NCBI GenBank assembly: GCA_036272815.1
Contig: DATAYA010000200.1
Location: forward strand, 1-39,133
Direction: 5' to 3'
Source of the DNA: Acetobacteraceae bacterium
GTDB taxonomy: Bacteria; Pseudomonadota; Alphaproteobacteria; Acetobacterales; Acetobacteraceae
Length of the DNA stretch: 39,133 nt
The position numbers were made by a program, and so were the translations under genes. Below the pieces are notes generated by a model. It saw only the letters and a list, made by a program, of their open reading frames with translations. It was not told the DNA's origin and did not search any database. Of this stretch, positions 18,379 through 26,323 are shown piece by piece; position 1 is the first letter of the stretch; the number at the start of each line of letters is the position of its first letter.

Positions 18379-18485
18379 GATGACGGCCCACTTTGTGGCA
18401 ATGCGACCGCATGGGTGCTTTCCTGGAGCGGTCCGACCGCCCACCTGTTGGCTACACTCTGTCGCACGCCCTCCGGGAGCATCCG

Positions 18486-19658
18486 ATGACCGAGACCTGC
18501 ATCGTGGGCTGGGCCCACACGCCGTTCGGCAAGCTCGAAGAACCCGACGTCGAGGCCCTGATAGCCCGCGTCGCCGGAGCCGCGATCGCCGATGGCGGCG
18601 TCGAGCCAGCCGAGATCGATGCGGCCTTCGTCGGCCTGTTCAACAACGGCTTCTCGCGGCAGGATTTTCCGTCCTCGCTGGTGGCGCAGGCGGTTCCGGA
18701 GCTGCGCTTCAAGCCCGCGACCCGCTACGAGAACGCCTGCGCGTCCGGCTCCGCCGCGATCCATGGCGCGCGTGATTTCCTCGCCGCCGGCCGCGGCCGG
18801 TTCGCGCTCGTGGTCGGCGTCGAGAAGATGACCGCGACACCCGGTCCGCAGATCGGCGACAACCTGCTCGGCGCTTCCTATCGGCGCGAAGAAGGCGAAA
18901 TTCCGGCGGGTTTCGCGGGCGTGTTCGGCCGCATCGCCGAGCGGTATTTCCAGGCGCATGGCGACCAGTCCGACGCGCTCGCCGCGATCGCGGCGAAGAA
19001 CCACAAGAACGGCGTCGACAACCCCTATGCGCAGATGCGGCGCGACATCGGGTATGAGTTCTGCCGCACGGCCAGCGAGAAAAATCCCTACGTCGCCCCG
19101 CCGCTCAAGCGCACCGACTGCTCGCTGGTCAGCGACGGCGCCGCCGCTCTGGTGCTGACCGACGAAGATACCGCGCGCGCGATGGGGAAGGCGGTGCGGT
19201 TCCGCGCCGCGATTCACGTCAACGATTACCTGCCGCTGTCGCGCCGCGACCCGACGCGCTTCGAGGGCGCCGCCGCGGCATGGGCGCGGGCGCTCGACGT
19301 GGCCGAGGTCGGCCTCGCCGATCTCAGCTTCGTCGAGTTGCACGACTGCTTCACCATTGCCGAACTGCTTGCCTACGAGGCGATGGGCCTGACGCCGCAC
19401 GGCCAGGGCGCCCGCGCGGTGCTGGAGGGCTGGACTGCGCCGGACGGACGGCTGCCGGTCAACCGTTCCGGCGGACTGAAGGCGAAGGGCCATCCGGTCG
19501 GCGCCACCGGCGTCTCCATGCACGCGATCGCGGCGATGCAGCTCACCGGGCAGGCAGGGGCGATGCAGCTCCCGCGCGCCGAGCTGGCGGGCGTGTTCAA
19601 CATGGGCGGCGCCGCAGTCGCCAACTACGTTTCTGTTCTCGAGCCGCTCGCCGGGTAA
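18486..19658 (+). CDS. Thiolase-fold protein (acetyl-CoA acetyltransferase / SCP-x-type thiolase-like)
   Basis: ATG 18486 is preceded by GGGAG (18474-18478). It has the active-site Cys context YENACASGSAAI and C-terminal GGLKAKGHPVGATG and NMGG motifs. The 5' part of the track ORF (from 18393) is rejected. Confidence 0.8.
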   Translation: MTETCIVGWAHTPFGKLEEPDVEALIARVAGAAIADGGVEPAEIDAAFVGLFNNGFSRQDFPSSLVAQAVPELRFKPATRYENACASGSAAIHGARDFLAAGRGRFALVVGVEKMTATPGPQIGDNLLGASYRREEGEIPAGFAGVFGRIAERYFQAHGDQSDALAAIAAKNHKNGVDNPYAQMRRDIGYEFCRTASEKNPYVAPPLKRTDCSLVSDGAAALVLTDEDTARAMGKAVRFRAAIHVNDYLPLSRRDPTRFEGAAAAWARALDVAEVGLADLSFVELHDCFTIAELLAYEAMGLTPHGQGARAVLEGWTAPDGRLPVNRSGGLKAKGHPVGATGVSMHAIAAMQLTGQAGAMQLPRAELAGVFNMGGAAVANYVSVLEPLAG

Positions 19659-19671
19659 TCCCGATCGGTGT

Positions 19672-20325
19672 TCATCGCTCCAGGGCGAGGGTGGCGCCGA
19701 AGCCCATGAAGGCGAGGCCGCCGAGGCGGTCGATCCAGTGGCGGAGGCGGGTGAACGCGGAGGCGGCCGGACGCGTGGTCAGGGCGCAGGCGAGGGTGCC
19801 GTACCAAGTGAGGGCGATGGTGGTCATGATCGCCGCGGCGCCGAGGCCGAGTGCGATCGTCGGATGCGGCGGCAGGGTGGCGGCGAACAGGCTGGCCGTG
19901 AACAACGCGGCCTTGGGGTTGGCGAGGTTGGTGATGAGGCCGAGGCGGAAGGCGGACCCGGCCGAGAGCGGGCGGAGATGCGGGGTTCGTGCAGTCCGGC
20001 CATGAAAGCTGCCGACGAAGAGCCTGGCGCCGAGATAGAGCAGGTAGGCACCGCCACCGAGCTTGAGGGCGAGATAGAGCCAGGGTGCGGCGGCAAACAG
20101 CGCGTGGATGCCGAAGAACCCGGCCAGCCCCCAGACACAGGTCCCGCAGGCGACCCCCAGCACGGTCCTGATCCCGACGGCGCGGTCGTTGGTGACGGCG
20201 ACCCGAGTCGTGACCAGGAAGTCGGGTCCCGGCACGAGAGTGGCTGCGAACCATATCGCGGCGATGGAGAGGAGGACGGTTGCGGTCTGGTGCATGGCGG
20301 CAGCGTTGGGCCAAGGCGTCATCAC
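19672..20325 (-). CDS. LysE/RhtB-family amino-acid exporter
   Basis: The ORF is about 210 aa with 6 TM-like segments and the family-typical N-terminal ..LVPGPDF.. motif. The start is ambiguous: ATG 20325, or more likely the internal ATG 20295 (MHQTATVLL..), which puts PGP at the usual distance. Confidence 0.75.
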   Translation of the reverse strand: MMTPWPNAAAMHQTATVLLSIAAIWFAATLVPGPDFLVTTRVAVTNDRAVGIRTVLGVACGTCVWGLAGFFGIHALFAAAPWLYLALKLGGGAYLLYLGARLFVGSFHGRTARTPHLRPLSAGSAFRLGLITNLANPKAALFTASLFAATLPPHPTIALGLGAAAIMTTIALTWYGTLACALTTRPAASAFTRLRHWIDRLGGLAFMGFGATLALER

Positions 20326-20342
20326 TGTCCAGGCCCGCTCGC

Positions 20343-21218
20343 GTGACCGGCCCGGTTCTGCTCGTCCTCGGGCTCGGCTACAGCGGCGGCGCCGTTGCCC
20401 GCGCCGCCGCCGATGCCGGGTTTCGGGTTATCGGCACACGTCGCGCGCTGGATGGCGCAAAAACGGACGGCGTTGAAGTTCTCCGGTTCGCGCAGGCCGC
20501 GCCAGCCATCGCCGCCGCCACCCACCTCCTGGTCACGGCACCCCCTGACGAGGCCGGCGACCCCGTGCTCGTCCGCTTCCGCGCCGAAATCGCCGCAGCC
20601 CCCGCGTTGCACTGGATCGGCTATCTGTCCAGCCTCGTCGTCTACGGCAACCGCGACGGCGCCTGGGTGGACGAGACGAGCCCGCTCGCCCCCAGCGGCG
20701 AGCGCGGCCGCCGCCGGGTCGCCGCCGAGGCTGCCTGGCGCGGTGCCGCCGCCGGCCGCGCGCTCGACATATTCCGCGTCGCCGGCATCTACGGCCCGGG
20801 CCGCTCCGCCTTCGACAACCTCCGCGCCGGCACCGCCCGCCGCGTCGTTAAGCCCGGCCACGCCTTCAGCCGCATCCACCGCGACGACATCGCGGCAGGT
20901 GTCCTCGCGGCGATACGCCAGGACCGCCCGTCCGGGCCGCGCGTGCTCCATCTCGCCGACGACGAACCCGCCGAGAGCGCCGCAGTGACAAAGGAGGCCG
21001 CACGCCTCCTCGGCATCCCGCCGCCGCCCGCCGTCGCGTTCGCTGACGCGCTCCCCGCGATGAGCGCGATGGCGCGCAGCTTCTGGGCCGAGAGCCGCCG
21101 CGTGCGCAGCACCGCGACGCAGGCCGCACTCGGCCGCGCCTGGCTTCATCCCACATACCGCGACGGCCTGCGTGCTATCCTCGACGAGGAGCGCCGGGAC
21201 AGCGCCCGAAAGCTTTAG
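20343..21218 (+). CDS. NAD(P)-binding Rossmann-fold protein, atypical SDR / epimerase-dehydratase family
   Basis: It has an N-terminal VLLVLGLGYSGGAVA dinucleotide-binding loop and ..YGPGR.. and HRDD segments. GTG 20343 is chosen so that the Rossmann loop is N-terminal and the overlap with the divergent LysE gene is avoided. The track start at 20280 is the alternative. Confidence 0.65.
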   Translation: MTGPVLLVLGLGYSGGAVARAAADAGFRVIGTRRALDGAKTDGVEVLRFAQAAPAIAAATHLLVTAPPDEAGDPVLVRFRAEIAAAPALHWIGYLSSLVVYGNRDGAWVDETSPLAPSGERGRRRVAAEAAWRGAAAGRALDIFRVAGIYGPGRSAFDNLRAGTARRVVKPGHAFSRIHRDDIAAGVLAAIRQDRPSGPRVLHLADDEPAESAAVTKEAARLLGIPPPPAVAFADALPAMSAMARSFWAESRRVRSTATQAALGRAWLHPTYRDGLRAILDEERRDSARKL

Positions 21219-22549
21219 ACCGGCAGCCGTATCCGCGCCCGCAAGCCTCCCATCGGGCTCTGCTCCAGGTAGATGTCCCCGCCATGCGCGCGGACGATAT
21301 CGCGCGCGATCGTGAGGCCGAGCCCGGTGCCGCCGGCCGCCCCGCTCTCGAACGGGCGGAACACACTCTCCCGCCGTTCCGGCGGGATGCCGGGCCCGTC
21401 ATCGTCCACCGTCACCTGCACCGTGCGCCCCTGCGGCAGTGCCGAGAGCGCGATCCGCCGGGCGTGCCGACGCGCATTGTCGACCAGGTTCGTCACCGCC
21501 CGCCGCACGGCGTCCGGCCGCAGCCGCAGCGTCAGTCCCCCCGGCGTTTCCAGCGCCACCTCCGCCCCCGCCCGCCGCGCGCCGCTCGCGACCTCCTCCA
21601 GGAGCGCCGAGAGATCGACCGCCTGCGCCTCCTCGGTCCCCTCGCCACGGGCAAAGGCGAGATAGCCGCCGATCATGCGGTCCATCTCCTCCACGTCCGC
21701 CGTCATCTCTGCGATGTCCGGCGCCAGCGCCTCGCTCTGCGGCAGCATCGCGATCGCCAGCCGCAGGCGCGTGAGCGGCGTGCGCAGGTCGTGGCTGACG
21801 CCCGCCAGCATCTCGACGCGCTGCAACAGGAAGCGACGGATGCGGTCCTGCATCCGGTTGAACGCCGCCGCCGCCTTGCGCACCTCGGCCGCACCCTCTG
21901 GCTTGATCGGGCCGGCGTCGCGGCCCATGCCGAACGACTCCGCCGCCCCCGCGAGCCTGCGGATCGCGCGCACCTGGTTGCGCATGAACAAGGCGGCGAT
22001 CGCGAACAGCAGCGCCGCACTGCCGCCCACCCAGACGACGAAAATGTAAATCGCCGAGGTCGAGAGCCGCTTGCGCGGCGCCTGCACCACCAGCACGCCG
22101 TCGGAAAGCTGCACGCGGATCATCACCGATTGCGGATCGGTGCTCCAGTCCATCGTGAACGGACGCGTGAGTTTCTGCTGCAGCTCGGCGGAGAGGTCGT
22201 TGTCCACCGGCCCGATCACGCTGGTGCGCTTGACCGGGAGCAGCTTCGCACCGGGGTCGATGTGCATGCCGAAGATGTATTCGTCGTGCGCCATCTGCAT
22301 GATCCAGCGCTCGTTGGCGCGGCCCGGGAAGCGGCGCATCAGGTCGAGCACCGAGGCGATCTCGCCTGCGACCGACCCGGACAGCCGCCGCGAGACGATG
22401 TCGAGATGGCTGCCGTAGAAGATCTGCAAGGCCACCCCCTGCAGCAGCAGCAGCGGCACCAGGATGATGAGCAGGCTACGCCCCAGCAGCGAGCGCGGCA
22501 CGATCTTGCGCCCCATGCGGCCGAGCCCGAAGCCGAGATTCGCGCGCAT
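21215..22549 (-). CDS. EnvZ-like two-component sensor histidine kinase (2 TM, HAMP, HisKA, HATPase_c)
   Basis: It has the H-box LAGVSHDLRTPLT, N-box NLVDNARRHA, G1 DDDGPGIP and G2 GTGLGLTIA. Two TM segments flank a region of about 130 aa that is probably periplasmic. Confidence 0.9.
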   Translation of the reverse strand: MRANLGFGLGRMGRKIVPRSLLGRSLLIILVPLLLLQGVALQIFYGSHLDIVSRRLSGSVAGEIASVLDLMRRFPGRANERWIMQMAHDEYIFGMHIDPGAKLLPVKRTSVIGPVDNDLSAELQQKLTRPFTMDWSTDPQSVMIRVQLSDGVLVVQAPRKRLSTSAIYIFVVWVGGSAALLFAIAALFMRNQVRAIRRLAGAAESFGMGRDAGPIKPEGAAEVRKAAAAFNRMQDRIRRFLLQRVEMLAGVSHDLRTPLTRLRLAIAMLPQSEALAPDIAEMTADVEEMDRMIGGYLAFARGEGTEEAQAVDLSALLEEVASGARRAGAEVALETPGGLTLRLRPDAVRRAVTNLVDNARRHARRIALSALPQGRTVQVTVDDDGPGIPPERRESVFRPFESGAAGGTGLGLTIARDIVRAHGGDIYLEQSPMGGLRARIRLPV

Positions 22550-22555
22550 GGCGGT

Positions 22556-23254
22556 TCAGCCGCCCGGCTTGAGCACGTAGCCGCGGCCGCGCACGGTGTG
22601 GAGGAAGCGCGGCTCGCGGCTGTCCGGCTCGATCTTGCGGCGCAGGCGCGTCACCTGCACGTCGATCGCGCGCTCGCCGGTCTCGTCCATGCCGAGCACG
22701 GCGGCGAGGTCGCCACGCGAGAGCACCTCGCCCGGCCGCCGCGCCAATGCCTGCAACAGCGACGCGTCGCCGCCGGTGAGGTGGATCGGCCCGTCCGGCC
22801 CGCGCAGGGCGGCGCGCACGACGTCAAACTCCAGAGGGCCGATCCGCACCGGCCCGGGCGGGTCCGTGCTCGGCGGCGGCAGGGCTGCGCGGCGCAGCAT
22901 CGCGCGCAGCCGCAGCAGCAGCTCGCGCGGCTCGAACGGCTTGCCGAGATAGTCGTCCGCACCGGCCTCGAAGCCCGCGATGCGGTCCTCCGGCGCGCCG
23001 CGCGCGGTCAGCAGCAGGATCGGCACCGCGGTCTCCTCCTGCCGCAGCGCCTCCGTCAGCGCGAGGCCGCTCTCGTCGGGCATCATCACGTCCAGAACCA
23101 GCAGGTCAGGCTGCAGGAAGCCGAGTTTGGTGCGCGCCTCGGTGGCATTCTCCGCAACGGTCACGCGGAACCCGTTCTCCGCCAGATAGCGCGACAGCAG
23201 TCCGCGCAGTCGCGCATCGTCGTCGACGACGAGAACATGCGCCTCGGCGGTCAT
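22556..23254 (-). CDS. OmpR-family response regulator (REC plus winged-helix DNA-binding domain)
   Basis: It has HVLVVDDD, LLVLDVMMPDESG, LLLTARG and KPF motifs, and a C-terminal VDVQVTRLRRKIE..FLHTVRGRGYVL. ATG 23254 is chosen; the track start at 23308 would overlap marR by 41 nt. It ends 6 nt before the kinase ATG. Confidence 0.9.
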   Translation of the reverse strand: MTAEAHVLVVDDDARLRGLLSRYLAENGFRVTVAENATEARTKLGFLQPDLLVLDVMMPDESGLALTEALRQEETAVPILLLTARGAPEDRIAGFEAGADDYLGKPFEPRELLLRLRAMLRRAALPPPSTDPPGPVRIGPLEFDVVRAALRGPDGPIHLTGGDASLLQALARRPGEVLSRGDLAAVLGMDETGERAIDVQVTRLRRKIEPDSREPRFLHTVRGRGYVLKPGG

Positions 23255-23267
23255 CGCATTGCCGCAT

Positions 23268-23789
23268 TCATGCGCGCACCCGTCGCGGCGGCTCCGGTGC
23301 GTCGACATAGGCGCGACCGCCCGCGTCCATGATGCCGCGCATCACCCGCCGGAAGCCCTCGACGGCCACCGGCCCGGCCTCGCGATAGGCGGCCAGCAGC
23401 CGCTCGCGCTGCCGCTCGAACAGCCGGCGTTCGAGCGTCAGGCCCGCCTGCGTCAAGGTCAGCAGCCGCTGGCGCCGGTCGGCGCGGCCGGTCGCCTGCG
23501 AGACGAGCCCGCCCTCGATCAGCGCGCCCAGCACCCGCGCGAGGCTCTGCTTGGTGATGCGCAGGATCGCCAGCAGCTCAGAGACGGGTATGCCGGGATT
23601 GCGGCCGATGAAGTGCAGCGCCCGGTGATGCGCCCGCCCGAGCCCGAGTTCCTCCAGGATCGGGTCGGCCGCGCCGGTGAAGTCCCGATAGGCGAAAAAG
23701 AGCATGTCCTGCGCCGCCCGCATCTCCTCCTCGCGCAGGAACAGCAGCGACGAGCCGGCCGGGGCGGCGCGCGGATCGGTCAGACTCAA
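23268..23789 (-). CDS. MarR-family transcriptional regulator
   Basis: It has a winged-HTH region (HHRALHFIGRNPGIPVSELLAILRITKQSLARVLGALIEGGLV..DRRQRLLTLTQAG). The likely start is TTG 23789, 6 nt after GGAGGAGAG on the minus strand. The rest of the 627-aa track ORF runs antisense through ilvE and is rejected. Confidence 0.8.
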   Translation of the reverse strand: MSLTDPRAAPAGSSLLFLREEEMRAAQDMLFFAYRDFTGAADPILEELGLGRAHHRALHFIGRNPGIPVSELLAILRITKQSLARVLGALIEGGLVSQATGRADRRQRLLTLTQAGLTLERRLFERQRERLLAAYREAGPVAVEGFRRVMRGIMDAGGRAYVDAPEPPRRVRA

Positions 23790-23871
23790 CTCTCTCCTCC
23801 GAATGGCGCTATGACAGCATCGCCACTCTGCCCAGGCATATCTGGCATTCGTGTGGCATAGGGCAGTGTTG

Positions 23872-23900
23872 TTGACTGAAATGTCAAATCGCCATACGGT
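23872..23900 (+). promoter_or_regulatory. Candidate ilvE promoter (TTGACT - 17 nt - TACGGT) whose -35 is half of the palindrome TTGAC-TGAAAT-GTCAA (23872-23887); possible operator in the marR / ilvE divergent region
   Basis: Read directly in the relatively A+T-rich 150-bp intergenic region. On the minus strand the same palindrome reads TTGACA. Confidence 0.35.
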
Positions 23901-23939
23901 TTGTACGAGAAGAGCAACATAATTACTTGGAGACGGGTC

Positions 23940-24839
23940 ATGGCGCTTGTTCCCTTCGACGACCGCGACGGCTGGATCTGGTGGGATGGCCAGCTGGTGC
24001 CGTGGCGCGAGGCCAAGCTGCATGTACTCACGCACGGCCTGCACTACGCGAGCGCGGTCTTCGAAGGCGAACGCTGCTATTCCGGCAACGTGTTCAAGCT
24101 GCGGGCGCATACCGAGCGGCTGCTCGCCTCCGGGCGCATTCTCGGCTTCGAAATACCCTGGACCGCCGACCAGATCGACGCCGCCTGCCGGGAGGTGTTG
24201 GCCGCCAACAACCTGACCGAGGCCTATGTGCGGCCGCTCGCCTGGCGCGGCTCGGAGATGCTGGCGGTTGCGGCGCAGCAGACCAAGATCCATCTCGCGA
24301 TCGCCTGCTGGGCGTGGCCGAACCTGTTCGGCGCCGACCGGATGACGGGCGTCCGCCTTGGCATGGCGCATTGGAAGCGCCCGGATCCCGAAACGGCGCC
24401 CACCGCGTCGAAGGCCGCCGGACTGTACATGGTCGGCACGCTCGCCAAGCACGAGGCAGAGGCGGCCGGCTGGGAGGACGCGCTGATGCTCGATTGGCGC
24501 GGCCGGGTGGCGGAGGCGACGGGGGCGAACATCTTCTTCGTCATGGACGGGGAGGTTCATACGCCGACGCCGGACTGCTTCCTCGACGGGATCACGCGGC
24601 GGACGGTGATGGCGATCGCGCGCCGTCACCAGATGAAGGTGGTCGAGCGCGTTATCATGCCCGACGAATTGCCGCGCGCGACCGAGGTGTTCCTCGCCGG
24701 CACCGCCGCCGAGGTGACGCCGGTGCGGCAGATCGCCGACCACGCCTACACGCCCGGCCGGATCACCGAGACGCTGCTGCGTGACTACGAGGGGCTGGTG
24801 CGGCTCTCGCCGGCGGAGGTCTCGGCGCGGGCGGCCTAG
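23940..24839 (+). CDS. ilvE: Branched-chain-amino-acid aminotransferase (fold-type IV PLP enzyme)
   Basis: ATG 23940 is preceded by GGAGACGGG. The translation has MALVPFDDRDGWIWWDG, HYASAVFEGERCY, EAYVRPLAW, a Lys context ASKAAGLYM and EVFLAGTAAEVTPV. Confidence 0.9.
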   Translation: MALVPFDDRDGWIWWDGQLVPWREAKLHVLTHGLHYASAVFEGERCYSGNVFKLRAHTERLLASGRILGFEIPWTADQIDAACREVLAANNLTEAYVRPLAWRGSEMLAVAAQQTKIHLAIACWAWPNLFGADRMTGVRLGMAHWKRPDPETAPTASKAAGLYMVGTLAKHEAEAAGWEDALMLDWRGRVAEATGANIFFVMDGEVHTPTPDCFLDGITRRTVMAIARRHQMKVVERVIMPDELPRATEVFLAGTAAEVTPVRQIADHAYTPGRITETLLRDYEGLVRLSPAEVSARAA

Positions 24840-26056
24840 ACCGGGATCGGCGCTGACCGTCGTCGTGCGTTGAGGCGGGTCAACATGGCGTCGGCGACGA
24901 TCGTCAGCATGAGCGCGGTGGTGAAGTAGGTCGGGATTTCGTATCGCATGTACACGTGCGTCACGACGTAGGGTGCGAGCGGCAGCAGGCAGAACAGCAC
25001 GCACTGAAGTGGCCGGACCATGGCGATCAGGCTTGCTGCCAGGGCGAGAACCTTGAGCGCGCCGAAGGCCGAGAGGATCAACAAGGCGCCAGTCGGCCCG
25101 ATGACGGGATACCAGCCGACCAGGTCCCTGTCGGGGATCAGGACCAGCCACGCCCTGATCGCGGTCAGACTCAGAAAACGGATGGGGTCCGCGCGGATCC
25201 AGTGGACCGCGAGCGCGGTCATGTGCGCCATGTAGCGGACTTCGCCAACCCGGCGCAGTGACCGGGCCGCTGTCATCGACATGCTAGGGTGAATCGGCGC
25301 CGTCCATCCGACCGATGATGGTCCTTGTGCGCCGGGCTGGTTTCCCTGTGCCAATTCGAGCCCGAAGTTGGACCGGGTCAGGATGAAACTGCCCAGTTCC
25401 AGCCGGTTCCTGATGCCCCACGGGAGCGCCAGCGCAACCACGATCAGGACAGCACCGATCGCGCGCCGCCGTGACCCACGGGCGCGGCGATCCCGCCACA
25501 TCATCAGGATCAGACCAGCGATCAGAGACGGCATAATCGCCGGCGTGAACAGGAAGCTAACGCCCGCGAGCCCGGCCATCATCAAGACCAGGCTCGCCCG
25601 CGCTCCTTGCCTCTCGAACCGGATGAGCACCTGCCAGCCATACACCAGCATCAGCGCGGAGACCGGCTGCTCCAAGTCTCTACAGAAGGCGACAACGTAG
25701 AACAGAACGGGGGAAGTGGACAGCAGCACGCCGATAGCGATCCAGTTGCCCGAAGCCGAGACGCGGGCAAAATCCAGGGACCGCAGCGTGACGGCAGCGG
25801 CAGCGGCATAGATGACCGCCGCGACAATCCCGAGCGCCACGTTGGCAATCCAGGTATTAACCCCGAAGACCGCGTATACGGCGGCGAGATAGACGGCAAG
25901 CAGCGGCGAGACATGTGCGGTCGGTCCTGTCGGCAAAAGATAGGGATTGCCGATAAAGCCATGACGGAGCAGCGTGGCGGCGGCGTTCGTACTCTCGCCG
26001 GGTTGCGCTTCCACGACGGCGAAGTGGATCGCGAACAGGCAGCCGAGAGCGAACAA
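24836..26056 (-). CDS. Polytopic membrane protein resembling GT-C-fold glycosyltransferases (ArnT / PMT_2, GT39/GT83-like)
   Basis: 406-aa ORF with at least 10 hydrophobic segments. It has the family-like LALPWGIRNRLELGSFILTRSNFGLELAQGN segment and an early loop ..HVSPLLAVYL... The track start is TTG (caa at 26054-26056). Coding status is solid, but function and start are uncertain. Confidence 0.55.
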   Translation of the reverse strand: MFALGCLFAIHFAVVEAQPGESTNAAATLLRHGFIGNPYLLPTGPTAHVSPLLAVYLAAVYAVFGVNTWIANVALGIVAAVIYAAAAAVTLRSLDFARVSASGNWIAIGVLLSTSPVLFYVVAFCRDLEQPVSALMLVYGWQVLIRFERQGARASLVLMMAGLAGVSFLFTPAIMPSLIAGLILMMWRDRRARGSRRRAIGAVLIVVALALPWGIRNRLELGSFILTRSNFGLELAQGNQPGAQGPSSVGWTAPIHPSMSMTAARSLRRVGEVRYMAHMTALAVHWIRADPIRFLSLTAIRAWLVLIPDRDLVGWYPVIGPTGALLILSAFGALKVLALAASLIAMVRPLQCVLFCLLPLAPYVVTHVYMRYEIPTYFTTALMLTIVADAMLTRLNARRRSAPIPV

Positions 26057-26186
26057 GCCGGCCGACAGAATGCGCCGTACTCCGATAACCGGCGGGACGG
26101 TCCTAATCGCATCGGCGATACTAAAACGAATGATGGTTCTCCGTCCCGGGAGCTTTGCCGGCGCGATCCAGCCCGGACTTGTTCAA

Positions 26187-26222
26187 TCCGACATCGATGG
26201 GCGGTCCGACATCGATTGGCGG
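26187..26222. repeat. Two copies of an 18-bp tandem repeat (TCCGACATCGATGGGCGG / TCCGACATCGATTGGCGG), each centred on ATCGAT; candidate operator between the GT-C-like gene and the LLM oxidoreductase gene
   Basis: Read directly: 26187-26204 versus 26205-26222 has one mismatch. Confidence 0.8.
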
Positions 26223-26323
26223 TGCAGCGCCGGAGGCTATAGACTTCCAATCCCGCTGCAACCTGGCTTGCGCCCCGAGCGGTCGCGCGCGCTATTCTCC
26301 CGCTTGCAGCATCGAGGCTCTCC

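Noticed and set aside
21284-23332. 682-aa plus-strand ORF spanning the histidine kinase and response-regulator region
   Set aside because: It is antisense to two genes with unmistakable domain motifs. Its translation is Arg/Pro/Ala/His-rich low-complexity sequence with no motifs, which is the typical stop-poor antisense frame of high-G+C DNA.
23790-25151. 5' extension of the marR ORF (627 aa in the track), running antisense through ilvE and into the GT-C-like gene
   Set aside because: The upstream part has no domain content. TTG 23789 with GGAGGAGAG gives a normal MarR protein of about 173 aa.
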